DNA from: Chrysochromulina tobinii
Taxonomy: Eukaryota
Length of the DNA stretch: 43,036 nt
Reading direction: 5' to 3'
NCBI GenBank assembly: GCA_001275005.1
Contig: JWZX01003086.1
Location: forward strand, 1 to 43,036
Position 1 is the stretch's first letter. Every line of letters begins with the position of its first letter. Below are positions 20,931 to 32,241 of the stretch, piece after piece. Made by a program: the position numbers and the translations under genes. The notes under the pieces were generated by a model, which was given only the letters and a program-made list of their open reading frames with translations, was not told where the DNA came from and did not search any database.

Positions 20931-22052
20931 ATGCGATGCGACATGCAACGCGGCGTTTGGGCTCGTGCAGGATTCGCCCACGGGGATGCCTGCCCTTTCT
21001 GGGACGGAGACGGCCATCGTGCGGCTTGCAACGAGAGTGTGTACGAGCTGATGAGCTTTCATCCCAGCAATGTGGATGGGTGTAACACTAACATCTTCAC
21101 AACGGCGTCAGCATTGCGAACAGCATTCATCGGTGCATTAGGAGGACGAGCTCTGCGAATCATCGGGGATAGCTTGAGCGCGGATCACTTTACATATCTG
21201 ACGCGGTGTTTGCTCGGGTGTAACGAGACTTATCCGCTGAAGCAGACTACGATCTCCCTCGCCATTCCCAGCGAGCGCCACAAGTGGTTGCGTGGGCTGA
21301 AGGATGCAGGATTCGAGAACAAGACAAGCGAGGAGGCGATCTTCCGCTTGAGGCAGCGCCATGGAGATGTATGGTATCGTAGCGGCTGCAATATCGGAAG
21401 CAATGGTGGCCACGTCGACTTCAGGCGGTTTGATTTATTTCCGAGCGATGGCGAGACCAGCTCCAGCCAGACCAGCAAGCATCCAAGGCTAGTCGAGGCT
21501 ATTATTCATGCGTTGGTTCATTTGGGAGGGATCGGCACTCCTCCTAGAGAGTGGAGGAGTAGCGACATTGTCATGATGAACTTGGGTCTGCATCCCGATG
21601 CATTGCTGCCGCAGCACATGGACAGGGTGCTGTCCTGGTGGGCCAAAGGCCGAGCTTTGCATCAAGCACCACGCTTTCTGTGGCGTCAAATCAGCCCACA
21701 GCACTGGGCGGCACCCCACGGAAAGTATCGCACGATTGGTGATGTTTTCAACACGACGCGCTGCACGCAACCCGACGTGAGTGAAAGCATCTCGGCGTTC
21801 CCGCTGTATGATCGCAACATAACCAGGCTTGTGGAGCAAGCGGGCGCCGACGTGCTACCCATTTTCAACGCAACATGGTCGCGGTCCGACAACCACCCGC
21901 CACTTCGAAAGGGGGGCGTTCGATTACGGAACTCCGCGTTTGATCGCGCCTTCGCCAACCGCACTGTGTCTGATTGCACGCACTACTGCAGCAGGGGTTC
22001 CGTTCTTCGCTTCTGGACGCAGGCACTCGTCAGCTGGCTGGAAGAGACGTAG
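20931..22052 (+). CDS. TBL/PC-esterase-like (GDS...DxxH) polysaccharide O-acetyltransferase/esterase
   Basis: IIGDSL, IVMMNLGLH, LWRQISPQHW and DCTHYC motifs; true start uncertain. Confidence 0.75.
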   Translation: MRCDMQRGVWARAGFAHGDACPFWDGDGHRAACNESVYELMSFHPSNVDGCNTNIFTTASALRTAFIGALGGRALRIIGDSLSADHFTYLTRCLLGCNETYPLKQTTISLAIPSERHKWLRGLKDAGFENKTSEEAIFRLRQRHGDVWYRSGCNIGSNGGHVDFRRFDLFPSDGETSSSQTSKHPRLVEAIIHALVHLGGIGTPPREWRSSDIVMMNLGLHPDALLPQHMDRVLSWWAKGRALHQAPRFLWRQISPQHWAAPHGKYRTIGDVFNTTRCTQPDVSESISAFPLYDRNITRLVEQAGADVLPIFNATWSRSDNHPPLRKGGVRLRNSAFDRAFANRTVSDCTHYCSRGSVLRFWTQALVSWLEET

Positions 22053-22232
22053 TCGTAGACTGCACGATCATACGTGTTGTGGAGAAAGGCCGAAGGCGTG
22101 TAGAAAAGAAGAAGGTCGCCCATTTTGGGTATGTTTCACGATTCGTCGGCCGCCACGTGGAAGTGAAGCTCCTCAGGGATCGGAGGCGATTCAGAGGGGT
22201 GTGAGTTGGCCGCGGTGTTGGCTTTGTCCTCC

Positions 22233-23627
22233 ATGGTGCTCTCAAAAATACCCATATTGCATGGCATCATGGAGAAGATTGGCGTCGGTATGGCCATGTC
22301 TCGCAACTGGGACGATCCTCCCATGCAGATCCTGCTCACGCTTGCTGGCGGCGCTGTGGTGCTCATCATCGGCGAGTACTACATTGCGACGCGCTTGGGT
22401 GCCGCGTACATGATGCTGCCGCTGATCGTGTGCTACCTTTACTACCACTTCGTCGCCATGTCCACGCCGCCGGCCGACACCAAAAAGTACCTCGAGTTCA
22501 AGAACGCAAAGGTCGCTGCCAAGTGGGGCAAGAACAAGATCCCGATGCACATCCTGGTGGCTGAATTCCTCAATGACAACGTGGCTTTCAAGGGCGACTG
22601 CTACGAGATCCTCGCCAACCACCGCCAAGAGTTCATCGACTGGCGTCCCGACTTCGGGCTCATCAGCTTCATCCTCGCGCAGCTGATCCCGATCACGTCG
22701 TCGTCATTCAAGTCGATCGCGGCAACGGCGCACGAGATCGCCGACCACTATGACCGCGGCAACGACTTCTTCAACGCCTTCCTCGGTCCGAAGATGATCT
22801 ACACGTCGGCCTTCTACCAGGGCCTCGACCAGACGCTCGAGCAGGCGCAGGTCAACAAGCTCAACATGCTGTGCGAGAAGGTCCACCTCAAGGAAGGACA
22901 GACCTTTCTCGACATCGGCTGTGGCTGGGGTACGCTCGTGCGCCACGCTGCGTCCAAGTTCAAGGCGAAGGCCACGGGCGTGACGCTCTCGGCCGAGGGC
23001 GCCGCCTGGTGCCGCGCGCAGGCGAAGAAGGAGGGCCTCTCCGAGGTGCAGTGCGAGATCCTCAATTGTGATTATCGCGAGATCCCCAAAGATCGAAAAT
23101 TCGATGCGATCTCGGCCGTCGAGATGGCGGAGCACGTGGGCATTGCGAACTTCCAGCTCTTCCTCGGGTCCGTGCGCTCGATGCTCAAGGACGAGGGTCT
23201 CTTCTACATGCAAGTCGCCGGTCTGCGCAAGGGCGCGAACTGGGAGGATACGCAGTGGGGACTCTTCATGTCGCGCTACATCTTCCCAGGCGCCGACGCA
23301 TCTACGCCCCTCTACTGGTACATCAAGCAGCTCGAGCTCGCGGGCTTCGAGGTGCACTCGGTCGAGACGGTCGGTCGCCATTACTCGCACACGCTCCACG
23401 CGTGGTACGACAACTGGATGACCAATAAGGATTCGCCTGAGCTCGCCTCGTACCCCTCGCGGCTCAAACGGCTGTGGGAACTCTTTCTCGCCTGGTCGAC
23501 CGTGGCCGCGGGCATCGGCTCAGCCACGTGCTACCAGATCGTGTGCCACAAGAATATGTACTCCTTCCCGCGCGACATCTTCACCACTGCGGAGTCAGCT
23601 GGCACACGTACCATGCTTCGCACCTGA
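22233..23627 (+). CDS. MTS1: Sphingolipid C9-methyltransferase (CFA synthase family)
   Basis: N-terminal TM pair; DHYDRGNDFFNAFLGPKMIYTS, LDIGCGWG, EMAEHVG, WGLFMSRYIFPGADAS match the fungal-type enzyme; strong GC3 codon bias. Confidence 0.85.
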   Translation: MVLSKIPILHGIMEKIGVGMAMSRNWDDPPMQILLTLAGGAVVLIIGEYYIATRLGAAYMMLPLIVCYLYYHFVAMSTPPADTKKYLEFKNAKVAAKWGKNKIPMHILVAEFLNDNVAFKGDCYEILANHRQEFIDWRPDFGLISFILAQLIPITSSSFKSIAATAHEIADHYDRGNDFFNAFLGPKMIYTSAFYQGLDQTLEQAQVNKLNMLCEKVHLKEGQTFLDIGCGWGTLVRHAASKFKAKATGVTLSAEGAAWCRAQAKKEGLSEVQCEILNCDYREIPKDRKFDAISAVEMAEHVGIANFQLFLGSVRSMLKDEGLFYMQVAGLRKGANWEDTQWGLFMSRYIFPGADASTPLYWYIKQLELAGFEVHSVETVGRHYSHTLHAWYDNWMTNKDSPELASYPSRLKRLWELFLAWSTVAAGIGSATCYQIVCHKNMYSFPRDIFTTAESAGTRTMLRT

Positions 23628-24131
23628 ACAGAGAGGCCCCGCTGCGGGCTGGCCAGTTCTCTGCCCGATCGCTTCATGCGATGGGGGGGAGGGGGGTCGG
23701 CCGGTTCTCTGCCCGATCCTTCATGCAGGGGGGGCGCCTCGAAGGAGGCGTAGGATTACATGTCGTCCGTACTTCGACGTCTGTACTACTGTAGCTGCGA
23801 GTGAGTCTCAGACGCGTCGTCCACGGGGTACGAACAAGCGGGGTGGTAGTCATGATTACGCGGCTGTCTCGATCATGTCGTCGATTCTGTCCACTGTGAG
23901 TGTGAGGTGCATGGTGCATGCAATATTCTCGCATCCAATGGGCGATCCGCTTCCCGTTTACTGAAAACTGAGGCCTGCTGATGCTGTACAACACAACGCG
24001 CACGCTCTCCGGACCCCAAGGCGATCCGCAATATGCCGACACGACGCGGCGCCGCCGCGCGGGACGCGTGATCGCCGCTAACGTGCCCCGTGCCTGACCC
24101 CCCCTCCCGCCCTTCTAATCACGCTGCCGAC

Positions 24132-25721
24132 ATGAGTAAGACGCCGCCCCTGGGGGAGCGGATCTTCACGTACGTCATGACCGAGTACCGCTCGCTCATG
24201 GTTGTCGTTCTTGCGCTGCCGCTCTCGATGATGTGGGACTTACTGCTCTACCTGCGTTGGCAGTGGGCGGCCTACACGAAGGTGCCAGTGCTCCACGCGA
24301 CGCGTGTGGAGCGCGTCGTGGAGCAGATCAAGGCGCGCCCGAAGGGCATGCGCATGTGCACGGGACGCCCGGGCTGGCAATGCATGTCGCTCTCTTACCG
24401 CAACTACAAGAGCAGCATGCATCAGATCGACGCTGTCGTCGACATGATCGACATTGTGTCACTGGACCTCAAGTCAGAGACCATGTCCATTACGGTCGAG
24501 CCACTCGTCACGACCGGGCAGCTTACGGGTGCGCTGCTTCATCTCGGCTACACTCTGCCGGTTGTACCAGAGATGGACGACCTCACGGTGGGTGGCCTTG
24601 TGAATGGTACGGGCATCGAATCGTCCTCGCATTTGGAAGGCCTGTTCCACGAGCAGTGCCTGGAATTCGAGATTTGCTTGGCAGACGGCACTGTGGTCAC
24701 CGCGACGCCTGACAACGTGTACTCCGATCTTTTCCACGCAATCCCATGGTCCTATGGCACCCTAGGCATGCTTCTGTCCGTCAAAATTCGCGTGGTGCCG
24801 TGCAAGAAGTACGTGCAGGTGACGTACACGCCGCATCGGGATCGGACGGCTGGCGTGGCTCACTTCGCCAAGCTGGCTGGAGCTGGCAAGGCCGCCCCCG
24901 CCTTTGTCGAGGCGCTCGCATTCTCGCCCACTGAGCTCGTCGTGATGGCTGGTGAGATGGTCGACGAGGCGCCCACGGGCGTCAACCACCTGGGCCGCTG
25001 GTACAAGCCCTGGTTCTACAAGCACTGCGAGAGCAAGCTGCACGATGGCAAGCCTAGCGTCGAGTACATTCCGCTGCGCGACTACTATCACCGGCACACC
25101 AAGTCCATGTTCTGGGAGATGGAGCTCTTCCTGCCAGTGGGCAACCACCCGCTCGCGCGCGTGCTGCTCGGATGGCTGCTGCCGCCCAAGGTGTCCTTCC
25201 TGAAGCTTACGCAGACGGAGATGACACGCAAGCTCGTAGAGGAGACTCATATTGCGCAGGACTTCATGTTGCCCATGGATCGCCTCGAGGAGTGCATCGC
25301 CCTCTCCGATGACGTCTTCGACAAGCTGTACCCGCTGTGGCTCTGCCCCCACGTCCACCGACCGATGCCCGGCACCATCATGCCCAGCCCCGCCAACCCA
25401 GGGCCCGACGGCTCGCAGATGTACGTGGACCTTGGTGTCTACGGGCTGCCCACGTGCGTCAAGGAGCGCCCCACCTGCCACGGATTCGACATGATCAAGT
25501 CGATGCGCATCTTCGAGGCCAAGATGCGCCAAATTAAGGGCGTCGAGATGCTGTACGCCGACATCTTCTGCACCAAGGAGGAGTTCGAGTCCATGTACCC
25601 GCACAAGGGCTACCGTGAGCTGCGCGCCAAGTACGGAGCCGTGGGCGCGTTCCCCGAGGTTTATGACAAGATCAACAACCCCGAGAAAAAGGCCAAGGCG
25701 GCCGTAACCAAGTCCAAGTGA
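24132..25721 (+). CDS. DHCR24: Delta(24)-sterol reductase (DHCR24/DWF1, FAD-binding)
   Basis: MCTGRPGW, VVPEMDDLTVGGLVNGTGIESSSH, PWSYGTLG, IPLRDYYHRHT, YPLWLCP, AFPEVYDK. Confidence 0.93.
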   Translation: MSKTPPLGERIFTYVMTEYRSLMVVVLALPLSMMWDLLLYLRWQWAAYTKVPVLHATRVERVVEQIKARPKGMRMCTGRPGWQCMSLSYRNYKSSMHQIDAVVDMIDIVSLDLKSETMSITVEPLVTTGQLTGALLHLGYTLPVVPEMDDLTVGGLVNGTGIESSSHLEGLFHEQCLEFEICLADGTVVTATPDNVYSDLFHAIPWSYGTLGMLLSVKIRVVPCKKYVQVTYTPHRDRTAGVAHFAKLAGAGKAAPAFVEALAFSPTELVVMAGEMVDEAPTGVNHLGRWYKPWFYKHCESKLHDGKPSVEYIPLRDYYHRHTKSMFWEMELFLPVGNHPLARVLLGWLLPPKVSFLKLTQTEMTRKLVEETHIAQDFMLPMDRLEECIALSDDVFDKLYPLWLCPHVHRPMPGTIMPSPANPGPDGSQMYVDLGVYGLPTCVKERPTCHGFDMIKSMRIFEAKMRQIKGVEMLYADIFCTKEEFESMYPHKGYRELRAKYGAVGAFPEVYDKINNPEKKAKAAVTKSK

Positions 25722-25722
25722 G

Positions 25723-25800
25723 CCGGCTGTGGAACCCGGCTGTGGAACCCGGTTGTGGAGCCCGGCTGTGGAACCCGGCTGTGGAACCCGGCTTTGGAAC
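25723..25800 (+). repeat. 13-bp tandem repeat (CCGGCTGTGGAAC)x6 directly after the DHCR24 stop
   Basis: Six contiguous units with three substitutions in total. Confidence 0.95.
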
Positions 25801-27511
25801 GGCCCACGTCTTGGACGGCTGCACGGTTGCGCGGGCGACTTGTGCAGCGCCTGACGAGGGGGGTGGTCAGGGAGTGATTCGCTCGCAAGGTGCACTTCCA
25901 CTCGCGCGCTCCTGAGAGGGGATCATGCATAATCGGAGATGGCGAGGCCAACTGCACTGCCACAATAACAGTCGCCACGCGGTGGGTCGTCGGTAGGGCC
26001 CATCGATAATTGGGTCAACGGTGAGAAATCCGATGAGCGGATGACGTGATCACCGATCACGACCGGTCGGCGGAACGATCATGGACAACTTGCGGGTTAT
26101 AGCTATTAGCTTATGACAGCTTGCCTCCAGAAACCCGATCACGAAACTTGACAAAAATATACGATGAAATATTCAGAAGTCCACCTGGCACTGCGAAGCA
26201 CCCTTGTCGTGTCTATCCCGCGACCCTGAGCCTGACACTGCGACGGACGCGGGGACGTGCCGCAGGGTGCAGACGTGCAGTCCCTGCAGAGTCGAAGACG
26301 TCCGCGTCGGGGCAATCGCACTCGCACCCGCCGGTATCGTATCGACGATACCCGGATACGATACGAAAATCATCCGCAGCGCGCAGGAGATCGCGCCACA
26401 TACCACACATGATCCCAATCCGGCACGCTCGCGCGCGCGGCCCGGCGGCACACCGGCCGCGGGCGGCCCCGGGCGGCGCGGAGCCCGCGGCGGCGCGGGG
26501 ACCGCGCCGATTCGCGCGGTGTCGTGCCGGCGCGGGGCCGGGTACGTGACCCAGCGCGACGCCCCATAACGTGATAGATGTGTTTTGGCCCTCGCGGCCA
26601 CGGGTTTGACAGGGTCGCGGCCCGGTCATCGACCCCCTCTCCAAAAGTCTGTTTCAACATCCACTCTGGTCACCCTGCTGACCGTGCGCTTGGAACGTTC
26701 CCACAGCGTCTGGGTCCGTGTGGTCTTGCCGATCCGGGTTGCAGGCCTTGATGTTGCAGGCCGTGGTTTGTGCCGCGTCCTCTCCTTCTGTGCGCTGCTC
26801 ACTCCAAGAGTCAAACGGGACAAACACGGCTCAACGTGGGTCGTGGGAGGGCTCAGCTCGTGGGCACAGCACATCGGCGGGATTTTGGGCTCGGACTGTG
26901 ATGCCTTTCGTTGCGCGCAGGGCTCTGACCTTTCGGTCGGGGCTTCGCGGTCGAAAATTGGGTATGCTTCTTCATGGCCAGGGCGAGTGCGATGTGCGGA
27001 TGGTGCAGCAAGGGCCGCGGGTACCATTCATTCGGAAGCGCCAAGTTGGCTTCAATCGTTGATCCATTAACGTTTGCAGCCCAGTACACGCGCACCAGGT
27101 TGAGCCTCGTACTGGCTCGTGCACTATCGCTGGCGCAGAGCCCATCGTAGAGACATCGGGATTGCGCGTAAACACGGGCGTTCTTTCATGTGCTCGATTT
27201 CGTGCTCGTTGCCCTTTTGTTCATGCTCAACAGAGATCACGCCGTCTCAGGCACTGTGAGCCGCTTGCAATGCACTTGGATCCGGAAGATCTCTTCCAAA
27301 GCAACGGTGACCTTTGACGCCTTGCTCTTGTCGCTTGCCTGATGTGCAATGCGCGCGCGCGCGCGCGCCACGATTTTGATTCCACGTTCCCGCACACGGG
27401 AGAGCGAGCGCGCTGTAACGGGCGCGTGCTCAAAAAATCTCAACGCACCTCAGCCGTCCTACGCCTTCCGCGCACATGAACGGAATTTTCAGCGTGTTTA
27501 CCATGCACACC

Positions 27512-30500
27512 TCAGACCATGGCTTTGGAGCTCCCGACGAGCTTGCCGACGGGCAGCGCGGGCAGCGGCGGGCCCGAGTTTTGCCGGAGCCAATCGAAGC
27601 CGCCGTCGGCGCGCCGCGTTGGCACGTAGACGCCCGCGCGCACGCGCCCGTGGGACGAGAGGCTGCGGCTGCCGTCGGGAGCGTTGGGAAGCAGGAGGGC
27701 CGGGGGGAGGGGCGGCGGCCGGTAGCATCGGAGCAGCAGCGAGGAGCATACCACCGAGACGGATGAGAGAGCCATCGCAGCGCCCGCAAACATGGGTGGG
27801 ATGAGGAGATGCAGGGAGGGGTAGAAGGCCCCAGCAGCAAGTGGCACGCCGACGACATTGTACACGAGGGCCCAAAATAGGTTGAGCCGTATGCGACCCA
27901 TGACCGTGGACGCGAGGTGTAGGGCAGTGGCGACGTCGCGCAGATGACTCTTCATCAGGACCACATCGGCCGTCTCGATCGCAACATCTGTGCCCGAGCC
28001 GAGTGCAATGCCCACGTCGGCCTGTGCGAGCGCGGGAGCGTCGTTGACGCCATCGCCCACCATCGCGACCACCTCGCCCGCCCGCTTGAGCTCACCCACA
28101 AACTGTGCCTTGCCCTCAGGCGACATCCCCGCGAGCACACGCGAGCTGTGAAATCCCAGCTGTGAAGACACGTACGCGGCCGTGCGCTCGTTATCGCCCG
28201 TCGCCATGTACACAGCGACGCCGAGAGTATGCAGAAAGGCGAGCACTTGGGGCGCGTCGGGCTTGAGTGCATCGGCGAGCGCAAGCATCCCAGCGGGACG
28301 GCCGTCGAGGGCGACGAGGACGACTGTCATGCCGAGGCTCTCCTTGCCTGCTGCGGCCGCCTCGTTCTCGGCAGAGAGTGAAATGCCGTGGCTCCGCAGC
28401 CACTCGCGATTGCCTAGCAGCACGTCGCCGCCCACGTCACCGCCCACGTTGCACCTGAGACCCTTACCGCTCTTGCTCATGAACGAAGTGGCGGGCCGGA
28501 GCGGCAGGGCGCGCGCATGGCATGCGGAGATGATGGCCTGGCCGATCGGATGTTCCGAGTGCTGCTCGGCCGAGGCAGCCAGCTGTAACAGCTCCTCCTC
28601 GCTCAAGCCCCCGACGCCGCCGACGCTTCCGCCGAAGCCGCCGCCGCCGCCGACGCCGACGACGCCTCCACCTCCGCCTCCGCCGCCGCCGCATCTCCCT
28701 CCACCTCCACCGCTTCCGCTTCCGCCTGCTCCTCCGCCGCCAACGACGCTTCCGCCGTCAGCCGCCGACCACGGCTGCACGACTGCGACCTCGAGGACGC
28801 CTCTGGTGAGAGTGCCCGTCTTGTCAAAGACGATCGAGGTGACACAGCTCGCAGTCTCGATCACGTCGGCGCCCTTGAAGAGGATCCCTAACTGGGCCGC
28901 CACGCCCGAGCCCACCATCACGGCGGTCGGCGTGGCGAGGCCGAGCGCACACGGGCATGCGATCACGAGCGCCGCAACGCCAAACATGAACGCCATCACG
29001 TAGCCATCCGCCAAGCCGGACTCGTCGATCAGCACGCTCGAAACGACGCGCGCCCAGACGGCCACTGACCAAAACACCCATGTGATGAGCGAGATCGAGA
29101 TGATCATAGGCACGAAGTAGGAGGCGACCCGGTCCGCCTGCGCCTGCACCTTGGGCTTGCGCGTCTGGGCATCACTCACGAGCTTCATGATCTTGGCAAG
29201 CACTGAGTCGGCACCGACGGCGGAGACACGCAGCCAGAGCACGCCGTTGCCGTTGATGGAGCCGCCCACCGCCCAGTCACGCGCCTTTTTCTGGACGGGG
29301 AGCGGCTCCCCCGAGATCATCGCCTCATCCACAGTCGACTCCCCCGCAACCACCACACCATCCGCTGGCACGATGGCGCCGGGGAGCACCTTCACCACGT
29401 CCCTCGGCATCAACGAGCCCGCGGGCACCTCCTCGAGAGCGCCGTGTTGAGCGTCCCTCGGCATCAACGAGCCCGCGGGCACCTCCTCGAGAGCGCCGCG
29501 GCTCGAGCCGCCGAGCGCCGTGTTGAGCGCCGCCTCGCCGCCCGCCACCCTGAGCGCCGTGCGGGGCTGGAGCGTGATCAGCCTCGAGATGGCCTCGGAG
29601 GCGCGCCCCTTGGCGGCCGCCTCGAGAAACCTGCCGAGCAGCATGAAGCAGATGAGCGTCGACGAGGTCTCGAAACACGTGTTGTCCGTCCCCAACTGCC
29701 CGTGAGAGCGGATGGAGAGGGTCAGGAAGAAGAGTGAGTACAAGTAGGCGACCGAGGTGCCCATCACGATGAGCACGTCCATGTTGGCCGCGCCCGTCAC
29801 GAGCGACTTGTATGCGCGCACGAAAAAGGGCCAGCCGAAGCCAAACTGGACGAGCGTGACCAGAGCCAAGACGAGGAGCGTGCCCCAATCGAGGCCCGGG
29901 ATGATGGGCGTCATCAGGAAGGCCGTCAAGGCGGCCGGCCGAAGCATGGACACCATCGTGGAGCAGTAGACCGCTGCAATCGCCAAGGGGAGCGAGCGGA
30001 GGAACTGGCGTTTGTACAAGTTTGCCTCCTCCGTGTACGCGGACGACGGGTTCGCGCCTAGCTCGGCGTCGGTGGCTGCTCTCGCGTCGAAGCCGCTGCG
30101 CTGGACCGAAGCGACCATCTGCTCGACCGACACCTTGGAGGCGAGGTAGAAGACCTGCCCTCGCTTGCCCATGAGTGAGACGGAGACGGAGGCGACGCCA
30201 GGTGTCTTGAGCAGCGCACGCTCCACCGCGGCCACGCACGCCGCACACGTCATACCCCCTATGCAGATCATGCACGAGCTGTCCGCCTCGCCAGCTATGA
30301 GAGAGGAGAGCCGGAGGAGTGTGGGCGTCGTCGTGGGCTTCGTCGTGGTCGTCGTGGTCGTCATGGGCGTCGTCGTGGGCGTCGTGCCTGTGGCGAAGGG
30401 AGAGCTATTCGTCGAGCGCTCAGAACGACGCGTCCTGGTGGCCAAGGGAGAGCTATTCGTCGAGCTGCTCGCAGGCGCCCACGACGGCGCGCCCAGCCCT

Positions 30501-30617
30501 CTGGAGCTGCCAACGGGCGCCGCCTGCCCCGCGCGCAGCGGCAGCGGCGTGCGCATACCGACAGAGAGCTCGCCGCGCACGCTGCCGCCGACCCAGCCAG
30601 CGCGGCGGTGGCTGCTG

Positions 30618-30657
<40 letters not shown>

Positions 30658-31159
30658 TGCTGCTGCTGTTGCTGCTGCTGTTGCTGTTGCTGCTGCTGTC
30701 GGTGGAGGCGGGCTCGTAGCCGGCGGCGGCGGCGGCAGTTGACGCGCGGCCATCACGCACGAGCTTCACCTGCTTGCCAGTCGCCTCTACCGCCGCGATC
30801 AGGGCGGCCGTGTCCGCGGTCCCTAGGACGGTCGCCAGCTTGGACTCCAGGTCGACGTGCACCATGCCTGCGCCCTCGACGCCCTCGAGGGCTTCAGCAA
30901 CGGTGGTGGTGCAGTGGCCGCACATCATGCCCTCGACGCGGAGAATCGTCTCTATGGGTGGTGGGACCAGCGCCGCCGTGTTGGCGATCGCTTCCTCGGG
31001 CAGCAGGAGTGCGGCCGCGTATGGCAACATCAGGAACAGCGGCTCAGGAGCTGTTCCTGGCTCCTGCATCTGTGCGTTGGCGGCGGTGGAGCCGGTTAGA
31101 GGAGGTGCCTGGTCGTGTGCAAGGCGGCCCAAGTCGGCATCAGGCGTAGACCGCACCAT
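27512..31159 (-). CDS. ATP7: Copper-transporting P1B-type ATPase
   Basis: HMA motifs GMMCGHC and GMTCAAC; CPCALGLATP, DKTGT, SEHP, TGDN, GDGVNDAP, YN and MALSS; first in-frame ATG at 31159. Confidence 0.93.
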
Positions 31160-31407
31160 GTCTGAGGGGGTTGATTTCGTGGGAGAGCGACCCGTCCGTA
31201 TCGACGAAATCAAAGCTGCAGCCGGTCTTGCGGACTTTGTGTCGTCAGAAAAAGGAAGTAAAAGAGGTGGACGTTAGAGACCCTGGCAGTTTGGCGCCAG
31301 GGGGACCGTAAGGGGCCCATATGATTTCGGGGGGGGGGTGGGGCCCGCGTCGGCGGCACTCGGCGTACAGACCCCTGGCTTGGCCTCTTGCTGGCGCTGC
31401 CTGAATC

Positions 31408-32241
31408 ATGTCGAGCAAGCTGGAGGTGTTTATGATCGGGTGCGCGGCGGTGCTCGTGGGCACCGCCTACGTGGTCGTGCACGAGCACCGGCGCAAGCAA
31501 AAGAAGGTCCTGCGCGAGCTGGCCCTTGCGCCGATTTCCAAGGAGATGCTGCTCAAGATCCTCAACAAGTCGGCAGAGGCGTCCAAGGCGGTCATCGAGA
31601 AAATCCGCATGGAGGTGAGAAACATCCAGCAGCAGCGCAATCTGAGCGACGAGCACGCGCTCCAACTCTTCCAGCAGAACTTTGAGCACTCGCTCGACCA
31701 GCTCATCGCCGCCATCCGCAGCCAGTACAAGGTGACGGAGAAGGCCATGGACTCGTCGTTCAAGATCCACCAATCCGACCCCGAGGTGCAGCAGGCGATC
31801 CAGAACATGCGCATGCTCAGCCGCGGCGAGGCGGTGGCGAGCAGCGGCAGCAGCGGGCGCGGCAGCAGCAGCCCGACGCGTGGCAGCAGCGGCGGCGCGG
31901 TGGCGGACGCGGGCCCGATCGGCGAGAATGGGCTGCCGCAATCGCTCACCAAGGACCGGCTTAAGGAGATCATGACGTTCAACGCTGTCATGCTCGAGAA
32001 GGAGCTGCGCCCGATCAAGGAGCATGTGGAGCGTGCCAAGCGCTCAGGCGCGCCGAGTCAACTGGACCCGCAGGTACTGATGCAGGTGCAGATGCGCATC
32101 TCACAGGCGGTGCAGCAGCGCTTCGGCGTGAACGATGAGCAGGTCATGACCGCCGTCGAGCTCTACGGCGCCAAGGAGGACCCGGGCTTCAAGCCCATCC
32201 TGCGGCGTATCGCGTCCACCCTCTCCACCTCGCTCTCGTAA
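31408..32241 (+). CDS. Hypothetical protein with N-terminal membrane anchor and helical body
   Basis: 277-aa ORF with strong GC3 bias; TM segment followed by basic residues; head-to-head with the ATPase. Confidence 0.7.
   Translation: MSSKLEVFMIGCAAVLVGTAYVVVHEHRRKQKKVLRELALAPISKEMLLKILNKSAEASKAVIEKIRMEVRNIQQQRNLSDEHALQLFQQNFEHSLDQLIAAIRSQYKVTEKAMDSSFKIHQSDPEVQQAIQNMRMLSRGEAVASSGSSGRGSSSPTRGSSGGAVADAGPIGENGLPQSLTKDRLKEIMTFNAVMLEKELRPIKEHVERAKRSGAPSQLDPQVLMQVQMRISQAVQQRFGVNDEQVMTAVELYGAKEDPGFKPILRRIASTLSTSLS

Noticed and set aside
22233..25721. Horizontally acquired bacterial tmsAB/bfaAB operon
   Set aside because: Both proteins carry eukaryotic MTS1 and DHCR24 signature motifs and N-terminal TM segments, and they are 500 bp apart
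25723..25800. CRISPR array
   Set aside because: Contiguous 13-bp units without spacers, no cas genes, eukaryotic context
24762..25901. Long antisense/overlapping ORFs (also 6468-7664, 17022-18044, 29325-30275, 31210-32025, 41681-42529)
   Set aside because: Shadow frames of GC3-rich genes with no recognisable motifs
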